DNA of 61,952 nucleotides, filler included, from Hausera hauseri (Eukaryota): NCBI GenBank assembly GCA_046269625.1. It is 11 parts of 11 records of this genome, joined end to end, with 100 filler letters (N's around TTAATTAATTAA, not from the genome) between each part and the next. Parts side by side here need not be neighbours in the genome. Positions count along the whole stretch, not along the records: positions 34,971 to 39,917 come from JBJURY010383480.1; positions 40,018 to 44,331 come from JBJURY010640108.1; positions 44,432 to 50,027 come from JBJURY010224076.1; positions 50,128 to 57,763 come from JBJURY010003791.1; 7 more parts are not named here. One strand, 5' to 3'. Shown piece by piece: positions 37,900 to 50,164 of this stretch (position 1 is its first letter; each line of letters starts with the position of its first letter). The notes under the pieces were generated by a model. It saw only the letters and a program-made list of their open reading frames with translations, ran no database searches and was not told where the DNA came from. The position numbers and the translations under genes were made by a program.

Positions 37900-39917
37900 A
37901 GCATAGGCGTACATTGAGTCACTTTTTCAGATTCTCCACTGCATTTCCGTACAGGGAATTATTTTTCAGCTTGTAGTAGTTCTTTTCGAATTTTGTACAA
38001 GCTGCAGCTCGTTTCTCCGAATTCCCATCTATGTACGCCTTGAATATAGGAGCCTGAGCAAATCAGATTGCACGATGCAGCTGTGTGACGCGTACATCGA
38101 GCTGCATGTAGAACTGTAGCAGACGCCAATGGATCACGTAATTCAGTTTCGGTTCAAGCGTCATGAGCAGTTTCTTCACTTTTGATCCTGGTGGATATTG
38201 GTTAAATAATGCGACCGGTAAATTGTCCAAAACGTTATGCAGCTCATCTGGTACCACGAGATCGACCTCCGTCAGGTATCCGACTGAGCCTGCCATGTCT
38301 GCTCGTGGTAGGTTGATCATTATATCGTACAGATCATGTCTGTCGTCAACCCATTCGAATGAATCGTACGTCAAAGGTTGCGAAAGTGCCCAGCCGTACA
38401 GGTTATTAATATCAATATACAGCAGTGATGTGGTATCGGTAGCACGGACCTGATACTTTTTGACATGCCGCCGCGAATACCAACATCAAACAGCCGGTAC
38501 ATTTCCGGGTCTTGCAGCAGCTCAATGTCTCGATCCAGTAACATTAGAGCTGACACTTAACTCATTCATGGCATGGAATAAAAGTCGGGTAGCTCCAGCC
38601 TATCTTCAGCCAACACTTTTGCCCGAAACACCTGGTACATGGGCCAATAAGTACACGTCCAGTTTAAAATACTGGAGCATGTAATCAAACATGTTTCTAC
38701 AGCCCAGTTCTGTCCAACACTTCTGTGCTTTGCATTATTCATCTTTTGCAATACCTATCCATCGTGACAGTAATTCCTCTGCTGTCCGGAGTCTCATATA
38801 CGATGATGAAAAGTCATACGAAAATATGCCTTTGCTGCGTGCAATATGTGCGAGAAACTGCGTCAGTGCCATAGGCACATCTGGCAAGGTATTTACCAGC
38901 TTTGCCAAGGATTCATTGAGAAATTGCAATGAATCAAAGAAGCGTACCTGGAACCGGTTTATATGAGCAGACAGTGACAGGTATTTCTCCATGGTAGTCC
39001 GAATTACGGATAGTTCCCAGTACGGAAATCCGCTGATGGTCCATTGCAGTATATGGTGACAATCATAACCTCGGAAATTATGAAAGATCACTGGTAGGAA
39101 TGGTCGCACACGCCTTGCCAAACTGCATGAATTACATGCTGCTCCGAGATATTGACCGGTAAAATGATTGTGATCTGGTATGAGCCATTCGTGTTCATCA
39201 AACGGTAATATTCTGTCGCACAGGTAACATTCAACTGTGACTGCAAACGTCAAACGTTCATGCTCATCTATCCACATCAAGAGTTTATTGCTATTTCTAC
39301 TGTACCAGGATGCGATTTCAGTTTGCAATATCGTTTGCAACTGCTTCAAGAAATCGCGTACACAATTCCATTTGTGGAAAACATAATATTGAGGTTGACA
39401 ACCTACAGCTTTTATTGGGACAATCAACATACCGACGGCGATTTGAACATGTTTTTGGTCATATATATTGTGCCGCGGTAAGATAGCTTAAATATCGGCA
39501 TATGCTACATATGTCGGACTGTTTGTTTTTGATCAATCAGTGAACCTGAGTTCCTGTTTGACGGGCATGACATACATTGTGGTTCCCGACGAATTTTGTC
39601 TGCACAGTGTCACATGTTTCTCCCATGTTGTTTCCGACCTGAATCCATGAAGACATACAAGACATAATTTACACTATCCGTTCTTGGAAAAAATGGTCAT
39701 GCTCCATGTTCAGTAGTCTGTTTAGATTTGTCACTGCAACGTAATGGTATTTTTCTTTTCGTTTCAGTAGCAACAAATTTACTGAGAGATAATTTGGGTT
39801 CCTACTGCGATAGATTATATCCATATAAGGATTTTGATAAATTTCTTTATCCTCCGGTATTTCTGCAATTGTGTTGTACCGCAACACGTTGATTGCTAGT
39901 GTCAGATTACTCCGTTC
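37900..39917 (-). pseudogene. polB: Polinton pPolB family A copy 2 (partial)
   Basis: Collinear and nucleotide-similar to about 10590-12610; same motifs. Confidence 0.93.
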
Positions 39918-40017
39918 NNNNNNNNNNNNNNNNNNNNNNNNNNNNNNNNNNNNNNNNNNNNTTAATTAATTAANNNNNNNNNNNNNNNNNNNNNNNNNNN
40001 NNNNNNNNNNNNNNNNN

Positions 40018-43000
40018 GTTTTCACCTCTTTCTGTGTTGGTTGTGCTGAGCGCTTCAATAGGTTAGGGTATTGCGCTTGCAGCAATGGTGCGATATCAAT
40101 GGGATTTGCGATTTTTATACCCTTGACTGCGTTTATGGTTAGAGTGAATGCGGGTGGAGGTAGTGGATTGCTTTCGGCAATCAACTGTGAGATCGTAGTG
40201 ATCTAGGAAGTAAGAACCCAGGATTGGTTGCATGACATCAGCCAATATGAATGACCAAGCGTATGGTCGGCCTTGTAGGTAAAATTGTAGGTACAGTGTA
40301 CCTGTGGTTGATATTCACGTACCATTGGCAGCTTTGAGTGATGCATGCGAGACAAGCATAGGTTTAGCGTATGCGCTAGGTATCAGCGATAAAGCTGCAC
40401 CAGTGTCGATTAAAAAATCGAGCAGTTTCGAGATGTCGGAGTGTAGTGGCTCCGCCTCGAGGGTGAAAATAGCGTCGACAATGCGTTCGCTATTTGCATA
40501 CGGCAGTTGTGGTGATTGGGTTTCCAGTCGACGTGCTGTTGGTCGACTGGACCCATTTAGTTTTTTGATGGCTTGTGAAATTTGCAGCCGGGTCGACAGA
40601 CTTTTGAGTCTGGACCGAAATGGTTGTGATAAATGCAAGTGTGTTGCATTTTTAAGTTTGTCGATGGCTTGTCGAATTGACAACCATGGTAGCATTTATA
40701 GGCGGATTCGCCAAATCTTGTGTGGAAATGGCAAATTTTTAGAAAATTTGCCTTTCTTTCGCTTGGGGGATTGGTGCCCAGATTGCGGTTTGTCTCTGGC
40801 TGGCGGATTCTTGTGCGTTACAAGTGCCTGCAATGCGGCAATGATAGTGTCCAGCTGATTTTGCTGGGTCGTTGTGACGGAATGGATATTTTCCGTCAGT
40901 GTGGATTCTACGGTGCCTTTAGTGTACTCGTATCTTTTGTCGGCTTTTGATGCCATATCGTCCAAAGTAGTATCGGACGGTAATGGCACCAATGCCGCTT
41001 GAATTTGATTGGGCAAACTACTTAGGAAGTAGCGCCGTAGTATGTGCTGGTTAGTGTGGAGGTCCAACTCAGCATTACTCAAGTCTGAGCGTAACTTGTA
41101 AAGCAAAGCAGACGGTTTCATATTCCCTGTCTGTCGCTTGGTGAAGACCAAGTTGAACTGGTCCTGTTTGGATAACAGATATGCTTTGCGTATGGCTGCT
41201 TTGATTTTATCGAACGATTTTTCATCTGACAGTAGTTTGTCCAGATCCGTTATGGCTGCAAGCGTTGTTGGCTGGAGGTATTGAATGCGTGTTAAGGCCT
41301 TGTTTAGTTGGCCGGTGATGCTGCATTAAGTAGCCCATGTTTCAAACACATGGAACCACTTCAATGGCGTTCCGTCCGAACCTACGAAGAAGGTGGGACA
41401 TGCTAATTTTGGTGGTTTGGCCTGTGTTTCTGAAGCAGTTTCTGCTTTTTTGTCAGGCATGTGGTCATCAACGTCTCCTTTTAGTTTTGGAGTCGCCAGT
41501 ATGGTGGTATTGTCAACCAATATTGTATTGATTGTGCAATTATTCTTGCGTAATAATTTTCCATTATAAGAAAATGTATGCTCTGGATACTGCTGGTTTA
41601 AAACTTCCAGCATTGTCGACATATTTAGGGTCGATGGGAAGCGATGAGCTTTTGTCTGACGCCATTCTTGTACAATGTGATGTACTTCGTTTGGCGCACA
41701 ATCGCTCGATGTTGTTTCACCTTGGTAAATTTTGTTGTCTATGTTAATCGACTGACGATTGGGTGAATTGTAAAGTAGCGAATTTTCGCTTGACGTGTGT
41801 GCTATTTTGGCACGGTTCGTATAACCAAGTTTGTATTCCGATTTGACGGTGTTGACGTGTGTGTTAGTGCTAGAATATATTGGCACTTGTTCGATACCAC
41901 GCGTTGTAATTTTCTGGTTGCAGTTGCTTTTGGTGATACAACTGCCAGTGGGTATTGTGATTATGTTTAGTGATGCACGAATGTGACCGGATTAATTTCG
42001 ACAGCCATTGTGTGAATTTGAGCCTGATTGCTATCAATGGCTGTGCGAGGTGTTTGAGCCGGATTGATTTCAACGGCTGCGTTTGTGTTATATGGCGTGA
42101 ATGCAGTAACCGCTGCCACCATTTTAAAGGTCTTACATTTTATAAAACTTGCAAGTAAAAAACGGAAAAGCGTGTAAATGCAGTCGAATAAAACGACTAA
42201 AACAACAGTAAGGAAGACAACAAAATAACGAGAGTAACGTTTATTAGGTTCTCGTAAATCGTCCGCCGAGGCGTACGAGTCCTCGGTTGAGGAGAGTAGC
42301 GGATCATTCCGTGCAGCCCGGGTCAGGACATCGTCCGAACTGGAGTCTGCCGGAGTTGGCTTTTGTCGTAGCGGCTTCAGCCGGCGTCGACGGCGCGGTA
42401 CCGGAACCTCGTCTGGGCTGGAGCTCAGAGTTTGCGGTCTGTCGATTGTGCGTCGATCGGGAATCAACTGGCTTTCCGAAGGAGCCAGTGATTCGTAGAG
42501 ACGGTCAGAGGCAGGCCATCAGTCTTAAAAAACTGGCAGGAAAATCGACGAGTCAAAAAGGTGTCGGCCTTCCCCGTCTTCTTAGAACCGATGAAGCGTG
42601 GTCGCCGGTAGATGGTAGGGATCGTACTGCCCGAACGAAACGGCTCCGTTGGAGCAGCTCACATACTGTCAGAAAGTCCGAATAGGACCGTTACGGGGCT
42701 CGCCTGTTCGTGTTGCGGCGTTGTCTGTCGCGTGGGACGGTATCTTTTCGGGTTGCGCGTTGTCGCTCTTCTGATCGGCTTCGTTGCCGTACAGCGATAC
42801 GGCGGTCGGCGGTACTGCCTGAGTCGTTGTGTGTCGGTCGGGGTATCTTTGAAATACGATACCCCAAAGTCAACGATGTCGTTGTGGCGTCTACTCGAGT
42901 AGTAGCGTCGGCCGGGGTGGCCTTCGAACCTTCTTTGGCGATCGGTTCGCCTGGTTTCGCGGTTGTCAATATCTGCACCTGTTTGAGCGCTATCGGTGCT

Positions 43001-43056
43001 GCTGATATTTTTAAGTTCGGTGCTGCTGATATTTTTGAGTTCGGTGCTGCTGACAT
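40018..43056 (-). mobile_element. Ty3/Gypsy element, 5' half: long leader region, Ubl-like domain, Gag, protease, start of RT region
   Basis: Gag pattern PxF...P.KWF..FE...IT...K; GNMKPSALLYKLR; FLSSLP..IQ..L. Protease FLIDTGAALSLIP, LKAANGT, ADVMQPILGS. Segments 41886-40315 share one frame. Confidence 0.85.
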
Positions 43057-44224
43057 TTTTGTTTTTTAAAAGTGATGTGCAATCTTTTAATCTGTGGATT
43101 TAAACAAATTGGTTAAATCAACAGATCTTAATTGTTTTTTAGTATAATAAGTGCTGGTTACTTCGGCACTTATAATTTGTGATTTAATTTAAGTATTTTG
43201 AGAAAAATTTTGTTTAGTGAATCCGTGATTTCGAATTTTGAGAAATTTGTGAATTTTAAATTATTAGTAAAAAAAATTTTATTTTGCTGATTAATAATCT
43301 GAATATTAATTTTAATATTTTGTAAGGTGGAACCTTACAAGGCTCCCCCTCATGAAAATAAAATTAAGTGATTTTAATTTTTTTAAATAATTTCGCATTA
43401 ATTTTGGTTGTGCACAGAATTTAGATTTTTTTTTAAATTTAGTTATTGTAAAATTTCAATTTTAATCATAATCATTTTCATTTGATGTCATAAGCTGGTG
43501 ACAGTGATTGATGTAGTTAAATGGTATTTAGAATTAAGCGAAGTATAAAATCACATTGTTTTATAATAATTTTAAACCCAGAATTACAGTGATTGAGTGA
43601 ACGTTGTAAGATTTTACATATATTTTGTTTTTAAACAGATACTATCGATTGCTACTTAAAATTATTTTCAGATCAAAGGTATCTTTTAAAGGAACACTGA
43701 CTTCGGATCCAAATTTACCATGTAAAGTGTTATTTGGTACCAATCTATCTTGTTACATGCGGAAAATATTTATGGTTATGCAATGACGTGTAAAAATTGT
43801 TCCTTTATGTCTTCCTCAGAAGAAAAACGTTTTATTCATTCTACATGTATAATCATTAAACTCTTTCACGCAACTTGTGCACTACAGTGAAGGAACAGTC
43901 ATCTAATCAGATTTGTTTCGAACATCTTATTTAATCAGTGATTTTTTGGCCGATACTAAAGGTACTTTTTGGAAGTGAAATTTGTATATTTTTATTGCCT
44001 GAAACTGTTTTTACTGAAAGCTATTTGATTTATATTCAAATATTATTTCTGATGGTGACATATCCAAACTTTTGTTAAAACGTTGAATTCAATGAAAACT
44101 ATGTGAAATAAAGCTTTTCTCCAATCTCAAAGTAATTTATTCTCAATGGAATAGTTCTATCATTGAAAATTTTAAGGGAGTTTCCTTCATGGCAACAGTA
44201 TACGTTTTTCGTATTTCATGTACC

Positions 44225-44331
44225 ATCCGTCGCTTCGTTCCCTTGAGTTCTTCGGCAGGCAGGTTCTTCACTAAACTGTCCAGTGAAGACGACATAAACC
44301 GGAAACTGTCGATGAAGCGAAGTCGGATTTT
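44225..44331 (-). pseudogene. polB: pPolB exonuclease fragment, third lineage
   Basis: KIRLRFIDSFRFMSSSLDSLVKNLP; not in the ORF track. Confidence 0.7.
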
Positions 44332-44431
44332 NNNNNNNNNNNNNNNNNNNNNNNNNNNNNNNNNNNNNNNNNNNNTTAATTAATTAANNNNNNNNNNNNN
44401 NNNNNNNNNNNNNNNNNNNNNNNNNNNNNNN

Positions 44432-44695
44432 TAGAAAAGAAATGGATCCTCAAATATGGTGCGCCAAAAGAAATACATACAGACTGCGGGAAAGCATTTG
44501 AGTCAAAATTGATAAAAGACATGGCATCATCAATGAATATAAAAATGTGCTATTCGAGCCCATACCACCACAACACAAAGGGTATCATCGAGCGACAATT
44601 CCGAACAATCAGAGAATACATAAATGTCACGATAGCATAAAAATCGAGAGTGGACTGGGAGGACATACTACAAAAAGAGAATTTACATTGAATGC
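44432..44695 (+). pseudogene. pol: Gypsy integrase core fragment
   Basis: YGAPKEIHTDCGKAFES...SSPYHHNTKGIIERQFRTI. Confidence 0.85.
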
Positions 44696-46553
44696 GAAGC
44701 GGAGATTTTTTAACCAAACCCAAGCTAGACGATGAAGTGTGGCGTGGACGCGTCCGCGGATAACAAAGTGTATGGAAGCAAGAGATTACTTTGAATAAAT
44801 AGAACAATAAAAGTGAGAATATTTTGTTCCTATCGAGTTTCATAGGCCTAGTCTTAAAAATTATTTGTCGAGCCGTGTATATTTTAATGTATTTGAAAGT
44901 ATAAATATTTGTAAACATTATGGAGAAACCAAAAAGTATATAATATAAAGTATTAAGCAAGTTAAGTCGCAATATACAAATTCCTATAGTATTTTAAGTT
45001 GAATTGGTGACTTTGTAAGATTAACCTCGTTTTTAAATGGAAAATAAATGTATCTTAAATTTCCTTTTCACGTTTATGATTTTCAATTCGTTTATCATTT
45101 TACAAACTTACTGAACCTTTTAATTACTCCATATTAAGTTAAATACTATATAGTTTTATACTTTCTGTAGTGTATTTTTCGGTTGGTCCATAATGTATAC
45201 AAATGTTAGTAGTTGAAGGTGGGCCCTATCCAACACCCAACTATAACAATAAGAACAATTTAACAAGTTTTGATTTAAGCAGATATGTTCTAACGTTCTC
45301 GTTAGAAGTTTGCACTTGATTTTATCTTGCGGGTACTGCGTGCAATGAATGCGTCGATTTACAAAATTCTAGTCCTATCTAGAAACGTTAACAGGAATTT
45401 AAACCTTAATGTGGTACTAGTCCCTCTTAAAGAGCGACGAAAAAGCTATACAAGATTTTACAACAACAAAATATATTCACAACAAAAATATACCACAATT
45501 TTGAAATCAAATCGTCCAGTAAAGATAAGTTCACAATCAAATCGTAATATCGTCAATGGATTCGTAAACTGAAATCGTTTCGGTTCTCTGACAACTGATT
45601 GACTTCCAATTCTCAGTCACTGTTCATCAACTGTTTAACTACTGTTTTTCTCATTTCACTCTCTGCTATATATACCATTGTATCGTTTGTTTATTTTCTT
45701 TTTCTCCTGTCTATCATATTATTTACATGGTTTATTTTCTCAAATAACCACTTTTCAACAATATTTACAGCCCTTTTTCTCATGGTTCTAACATTATTTA
45801 CAAATCTAATCATCGCCAACGTAAATTCTCATGAGAAAAATTCATTAAATTCAATTTGTTATTTACAAAATTTAGTTCAAACTTCCGTCACTATATTGTC
45901 TATTTACATTATACCACACAAATAATTACACTTTGAAATAGATTTTTCTTTTTGATCTCTATCTGCAAATATTTTAAGCTAATTATTCGATGAATACGAT
46001 TACATAACACACCACAACTCTATCATTTACATCTACTACATTGTTGGGACACACGATGAAATTTAAATTTATGATTTTTCCACGGGCATTGTTTATTGGA
46101 CAGCGATATAATAGACGTTTATTATATGACATTATTAAATATTTCAAGACAGGTCTGAATGAAAAAAGAATTTAATTACCCCTAAGTTGTTAGAAAATAA
46201 AACATTATTTTGACTGCTAGAAATTGTATTTGCAAAACAAGACTTTCAAGCCAATAGAAAAGAAAATTATGTTCATGTTTTTTGTGCATGATTTACAAAT
46301 TTCTATGGTAATAGAGTTCGTGGTTATTGTTTGTTCTATTAATTTGTTATGTCCTATTACTTACCATGTTCGATTTTGGATTTAAAATACACTCTTTAAG
46401 TATCATTTATTTGACAAATAAGAAGCAATGTCATGCATCGTATAAAGTGTAAAATATCAACAAGTCAAAGTCACCTTAAAATAGAAAATATTTCGAATGT
46501 ACATAAAAAAATAACATCTAAATTATATGAAGATGAGAGTCAGTCAGTGATGA

Positions 46554-46856
46554 TTATATGATAGGATTGAGTGCCGCTGCTGCACAAGCCGCCATGCATG
46601 CTCCTTGAGCAGCCGAACATGCTAAAACGGCAGCTGGAGCACCCAATCCGCCTGTAACGGTTCCTAAATAATGGTGTAAAATTTTTAATAGAATTAAATT
46701 GAATATAGTACCTGCAGTCAAACCTAAAGACGCCAGACATGCAACATAGCCTGCGTTACAAACGGATTGGCAAGCTCCATATCCAATAATTCCAATAATT
46801 CCGCAATTGGCTTGTTCGATAATGAGTAAAATCACGAATAAGTAAATAAAATTCAT
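46554..46856 (-). CDS. Small secreted cysteine-rich protein (84 aa after splicing a 48-nt intron at 46664-46711)
   Basis: Signal peptide; symmetric CxxxC-x6-C ... C-x6-CxxxC. AT-rich GT..AG in-frame intron whose removal gives LGLTAGTVTGGLGAP. TATAAATA at 46890-46897 and AATAAA at 46406-46411. Confidence 0.85.
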   Translation of the reverse strand: MNFIYLFVILLIIEQANCGIIGIIGYGACQSVCNAGYVACLASLGLTAGTIFNLILLKILHHYLGTVTGGLGAPAAVLACSAAQGACMAACAAAALNPII

Positions 46857-46889
46857 TTCATTTATGTTCTGGTTTAATATTTTGTTCGC

Positions 46890-46897
46890 TATTTATA
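46890..46897 (-). promoter_or_regulatory. TATA box candidate
   Basis: TATAAATA about 35 nt upstream of the ATG at 46856; the AT-rich background weakens the call. Confidence 0.45.
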
Positions 46898-49122
46898 CGA
46901 AATTTCATTGGCTTTGGTGGCTAATATCAGTTGTTTGTGATTTTCCATGGAACTATTTTTAGAAACAGTCAGATAATTACCTTCACGTGAAATTGTTACA
47001 TCTTTGTCAATAAATTGATTCCGTAAATTTATGTAACTGTTTGGTATTGATGATAAAATTTAGTGGGTTGGACAATATCACTCGTAAAACTTTTAATTAA
47101 TTTTCTTTTTGGATTGTTTTTGATTAATTAAATAAAAGGAAAATGGTAACTGGTAATAATAAATAGCTCGACACTTATATTACCACTAGAAATTTAAATA
47201 ACTTATCCAAGTCTTAACTCAATTCCTGTGAAATCTTTATTAAATCTTTTAAAACTCCAATAATAATTTAGTTCAGCCAAGAAAACGAAAGTAATTATTT
47301 ATGAGCTTACTTAAAGAAATTTCACCAGAAAGAATTTTAGCACCACAACTTCTATTTATTTATCAAACACTGACAACTAAGTTTGGTAATCCACGGGACA
47401 GTCCACCATTAGTTACAATCAGTCAAATTACTTATCAACAAGAGATTTTAGAGATCGATATGAATTTATTTAAGCAAATAAAAAGTTTCTATGACAATTA
47501 AAATATAAAATGTAGGAATTAAACGATACCCACTGGTTTAAATGAGGACTGATCCGACTTCAAAGTTTCAATACAAGAGCGAGAATATAGATGAACTTTA
47601 TTTTTCAGCACTATTACAACTTGTAGATAGCTATGTTCATAACGTAAAAATTATAATTAATATTCCTTGATTACAAAGTGTACTGTATGTACGAGGGACA
47701 ATAAAAAATTTTTGTAGCCTATTGCCCCTCGTATCTGTGTAAAAACTACTACAAAAAATGAATTACAAGATAATTGGATTTTTTCAAATAATGAATGACA
47801 CAAATTAGTCGAATATTTGCAAATCATGAACAATAATCAAATTTAACAAAGACAACGTTACAATTGAAGAAATGAATGAGGTGCACAACACATGTTGCAT
47901 TGACTGTCGACTAATTAATTTCAAAGTATATAGAGTATTCAAATATAGAGATTTTGTTTATACAGACGATAATCAACTGTAGCATAACATTATTCGTCTT
48001 TATTAACTTTCTGAATGTTACATTTCTATCTCACTGCCATGAACAAAATATGAACGTTTTTGACATACATGCTACAAATGTTGCCTGATTGCGTTGACGA
48101 ACGTCACAGATATTTCCTAGAAATCTCGACTGATTTACCTTTAAAGTTAAAACTTCTCAGATTGAACAAAATTACATTTTATTAATGCATACATAGAAAT
48201 GACAACTAATGAATGTTAAAACAATAATTACCGAGTTTCAATTACTCCATTTCACCTAATAAAATCGACATTCCTCATAGTCGATTCTGCTAGTTTTCGT
48301 ATAACGACTTTTTCATATTTTAAGCAAATTTTTAGCAATACTTAATACGAGTAGTTCAGAATTTGTAGCTGTCTCCAGGCTGTTGGTCGAGGTTCAGGAT
48401 AGTTAGCTGGATTGCCTTCTTTTTCGACAAATTTAATATTTACTTGTATTAAATATTCGGTAACAATCTTGGTATGATGCGAGATAGCAAGATCGAATCA
48501 GAAGACATTACTGTCACAGCCATAATTTTTACGAATGTAAGCAATCAACCTGCGCCGAATACATTTATCTAAAAATATTTGAGTTGATTGCAAAACCAGA
48601 TTAGCGAATCATTGGACAGCTCAGTCCTTTTGGTTCGATGGTTACTCATGCTGCTACATTTCCTTCAAATTTTTTAATCTAATTCCCTATTTTGTTTGCA
48701 GCATTAATAATTTTTATTATTTCATCATCTTGAGATTTATTCTTTTTGTNNNNNNNNNNGACAGGAATTAAAAAAACGTTTCGAAAGTAAAAACCATCAT
48801 TTTCATTTATTTTTGAATAAGAAAGCGTAAAGTACCACTCGACATTCGAAATGAAATCTCGATTTGAGAATTTGTGTATCAAGCGATTGTGTTTTGGTTT
48901 TACAAGAAAAATGTTTGCTTCCGAACGATTGGGTATAATTTCTTTTGTATAATAATTCGGTAGATCCAAAAATAATAAGAAAATATTGGCATTTGCAAAT
49001 CTGAAGCGAAGATAATTCTCCTAAATGTATTTCGTATTAGCAATAGTCGGTCTAAAGAATACAAAAAGCAATCAACTGTTCTTAGTTTACAAATAATCAC
49101 CTCCATTTTGAATAATGTTCTG

Positions 49123-49580
49123 CTAGTCAACTTTCCAACTTTCAAATTGCCAGTAACATTCATCTTTAGTGATGCTGAGAAGGAACTTCGAAGGAAATGT
49201 CTTTAATTCTTCATCATCAGCAAAGTTAATACTCCGTCGACGTTTTTCAAACTCGTTAAAGACAAAGCGATCCAGGATGTTGTAATCTGGACTCCATGGT
49301 GGTTGTTTAATGAACGTAACAGCTTTGTCTTGAAGATAACGAGTGATATCACCCTTCGCATGAGCCCTTGCGTTATCATGTATCAGTAACATCTGGTTTC
49401 AATGAAGAGGGAGAGTATGGCGGGAGAAGTTGGGATTAAGGTTCTTTAGGAATGTTAGATACCTATCGCCATCAATTGTAGCACCTTTGTCAATCACCTC
49501 AAAATGATACGATCCTGAAAAAGTAACGCCAACAATGATCATTGATTTCCTTTCGCGAGGTCTCCAATGAATATCAGTTA
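49123..49580 (-). pseudogene. mariner (DD34D) transposase C-terminal remnant
   Basis: HDNARAH...QPPWSPDYNILD with 34 residues between the last two catalytic Asp; TIDGDRY upstream. Confidence 0.85.
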
Positions 49581-49649
49581 CAGAACTGTCATTAGACCCT
49601 TTGGTACGAAGTGTAAGTAGGGGAAAATGTATGTTCTGTCCCACCTCCC

Positions 49650-50027
49650 ACGGGGAGGGGTAATCGATAAATCAATTTTTCACATGTGCCAATCGATAGT
49701 GCACACTGTGCACTATCGATCGATAGAGTGCTAGGGGACGGTGCCGCTAGGCACCGTTGCTAAGGGCACTTTTGCACATTTCACAAATCAATCGCTGCAC
49801 AATGCAGTTTTGATCGAATCGATCGGGACAAAGTGCTAATCGATAGTGCACATTAGTGCGCATCAATTGGTGCACAGTGCAGATGTGCAGCACATGTACA
49901 AGTGTGCAAAAATCAATAATATCGAATTTCCCATATTTCCAATATTGATGATTAGGACATGTGACCAGGTGGGATCGATTGGAAACATGGTGCAGTATAT
50001 GAATGTGCAGTTAGAATTTAAATTTAT
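49650..50027. repeat. Palindrome-rich noncoding segment (ATCGAT/GTGCAC motifs)
   Basis: Perfect 14-bp stem at 49692-49720 and 8-bp stem at 49738-49757. Confidence 0.7.
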
Positions 50028-50164
50028 NNNNNNNNNNNNNNNNNNNNNNNNNNNNNNNNNNNNNNNNNNNNTTAATTAATTAANNNNNNNNNNNNNNNNN
50101 NNNNNNNNNNNNNNNNNNNNNNNNNNNCCATTCCTTTGAATATTTTGGGAGCCTTTGGAGTTGT

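Noticed and set aside
40304-43069. Plus-strand ORFs such as 40304-40858 and 42287-42685
   Set aside because: Antisense shadows of the minus-strand retroelement coding region; the same applies to shadows over pol, PolB and hexon elsewhere.
47280-49100. Short ORFs in AT-rich DNA
   Set aside because: Consistent with chance or unrecognisable decay; an N gap lies inside.
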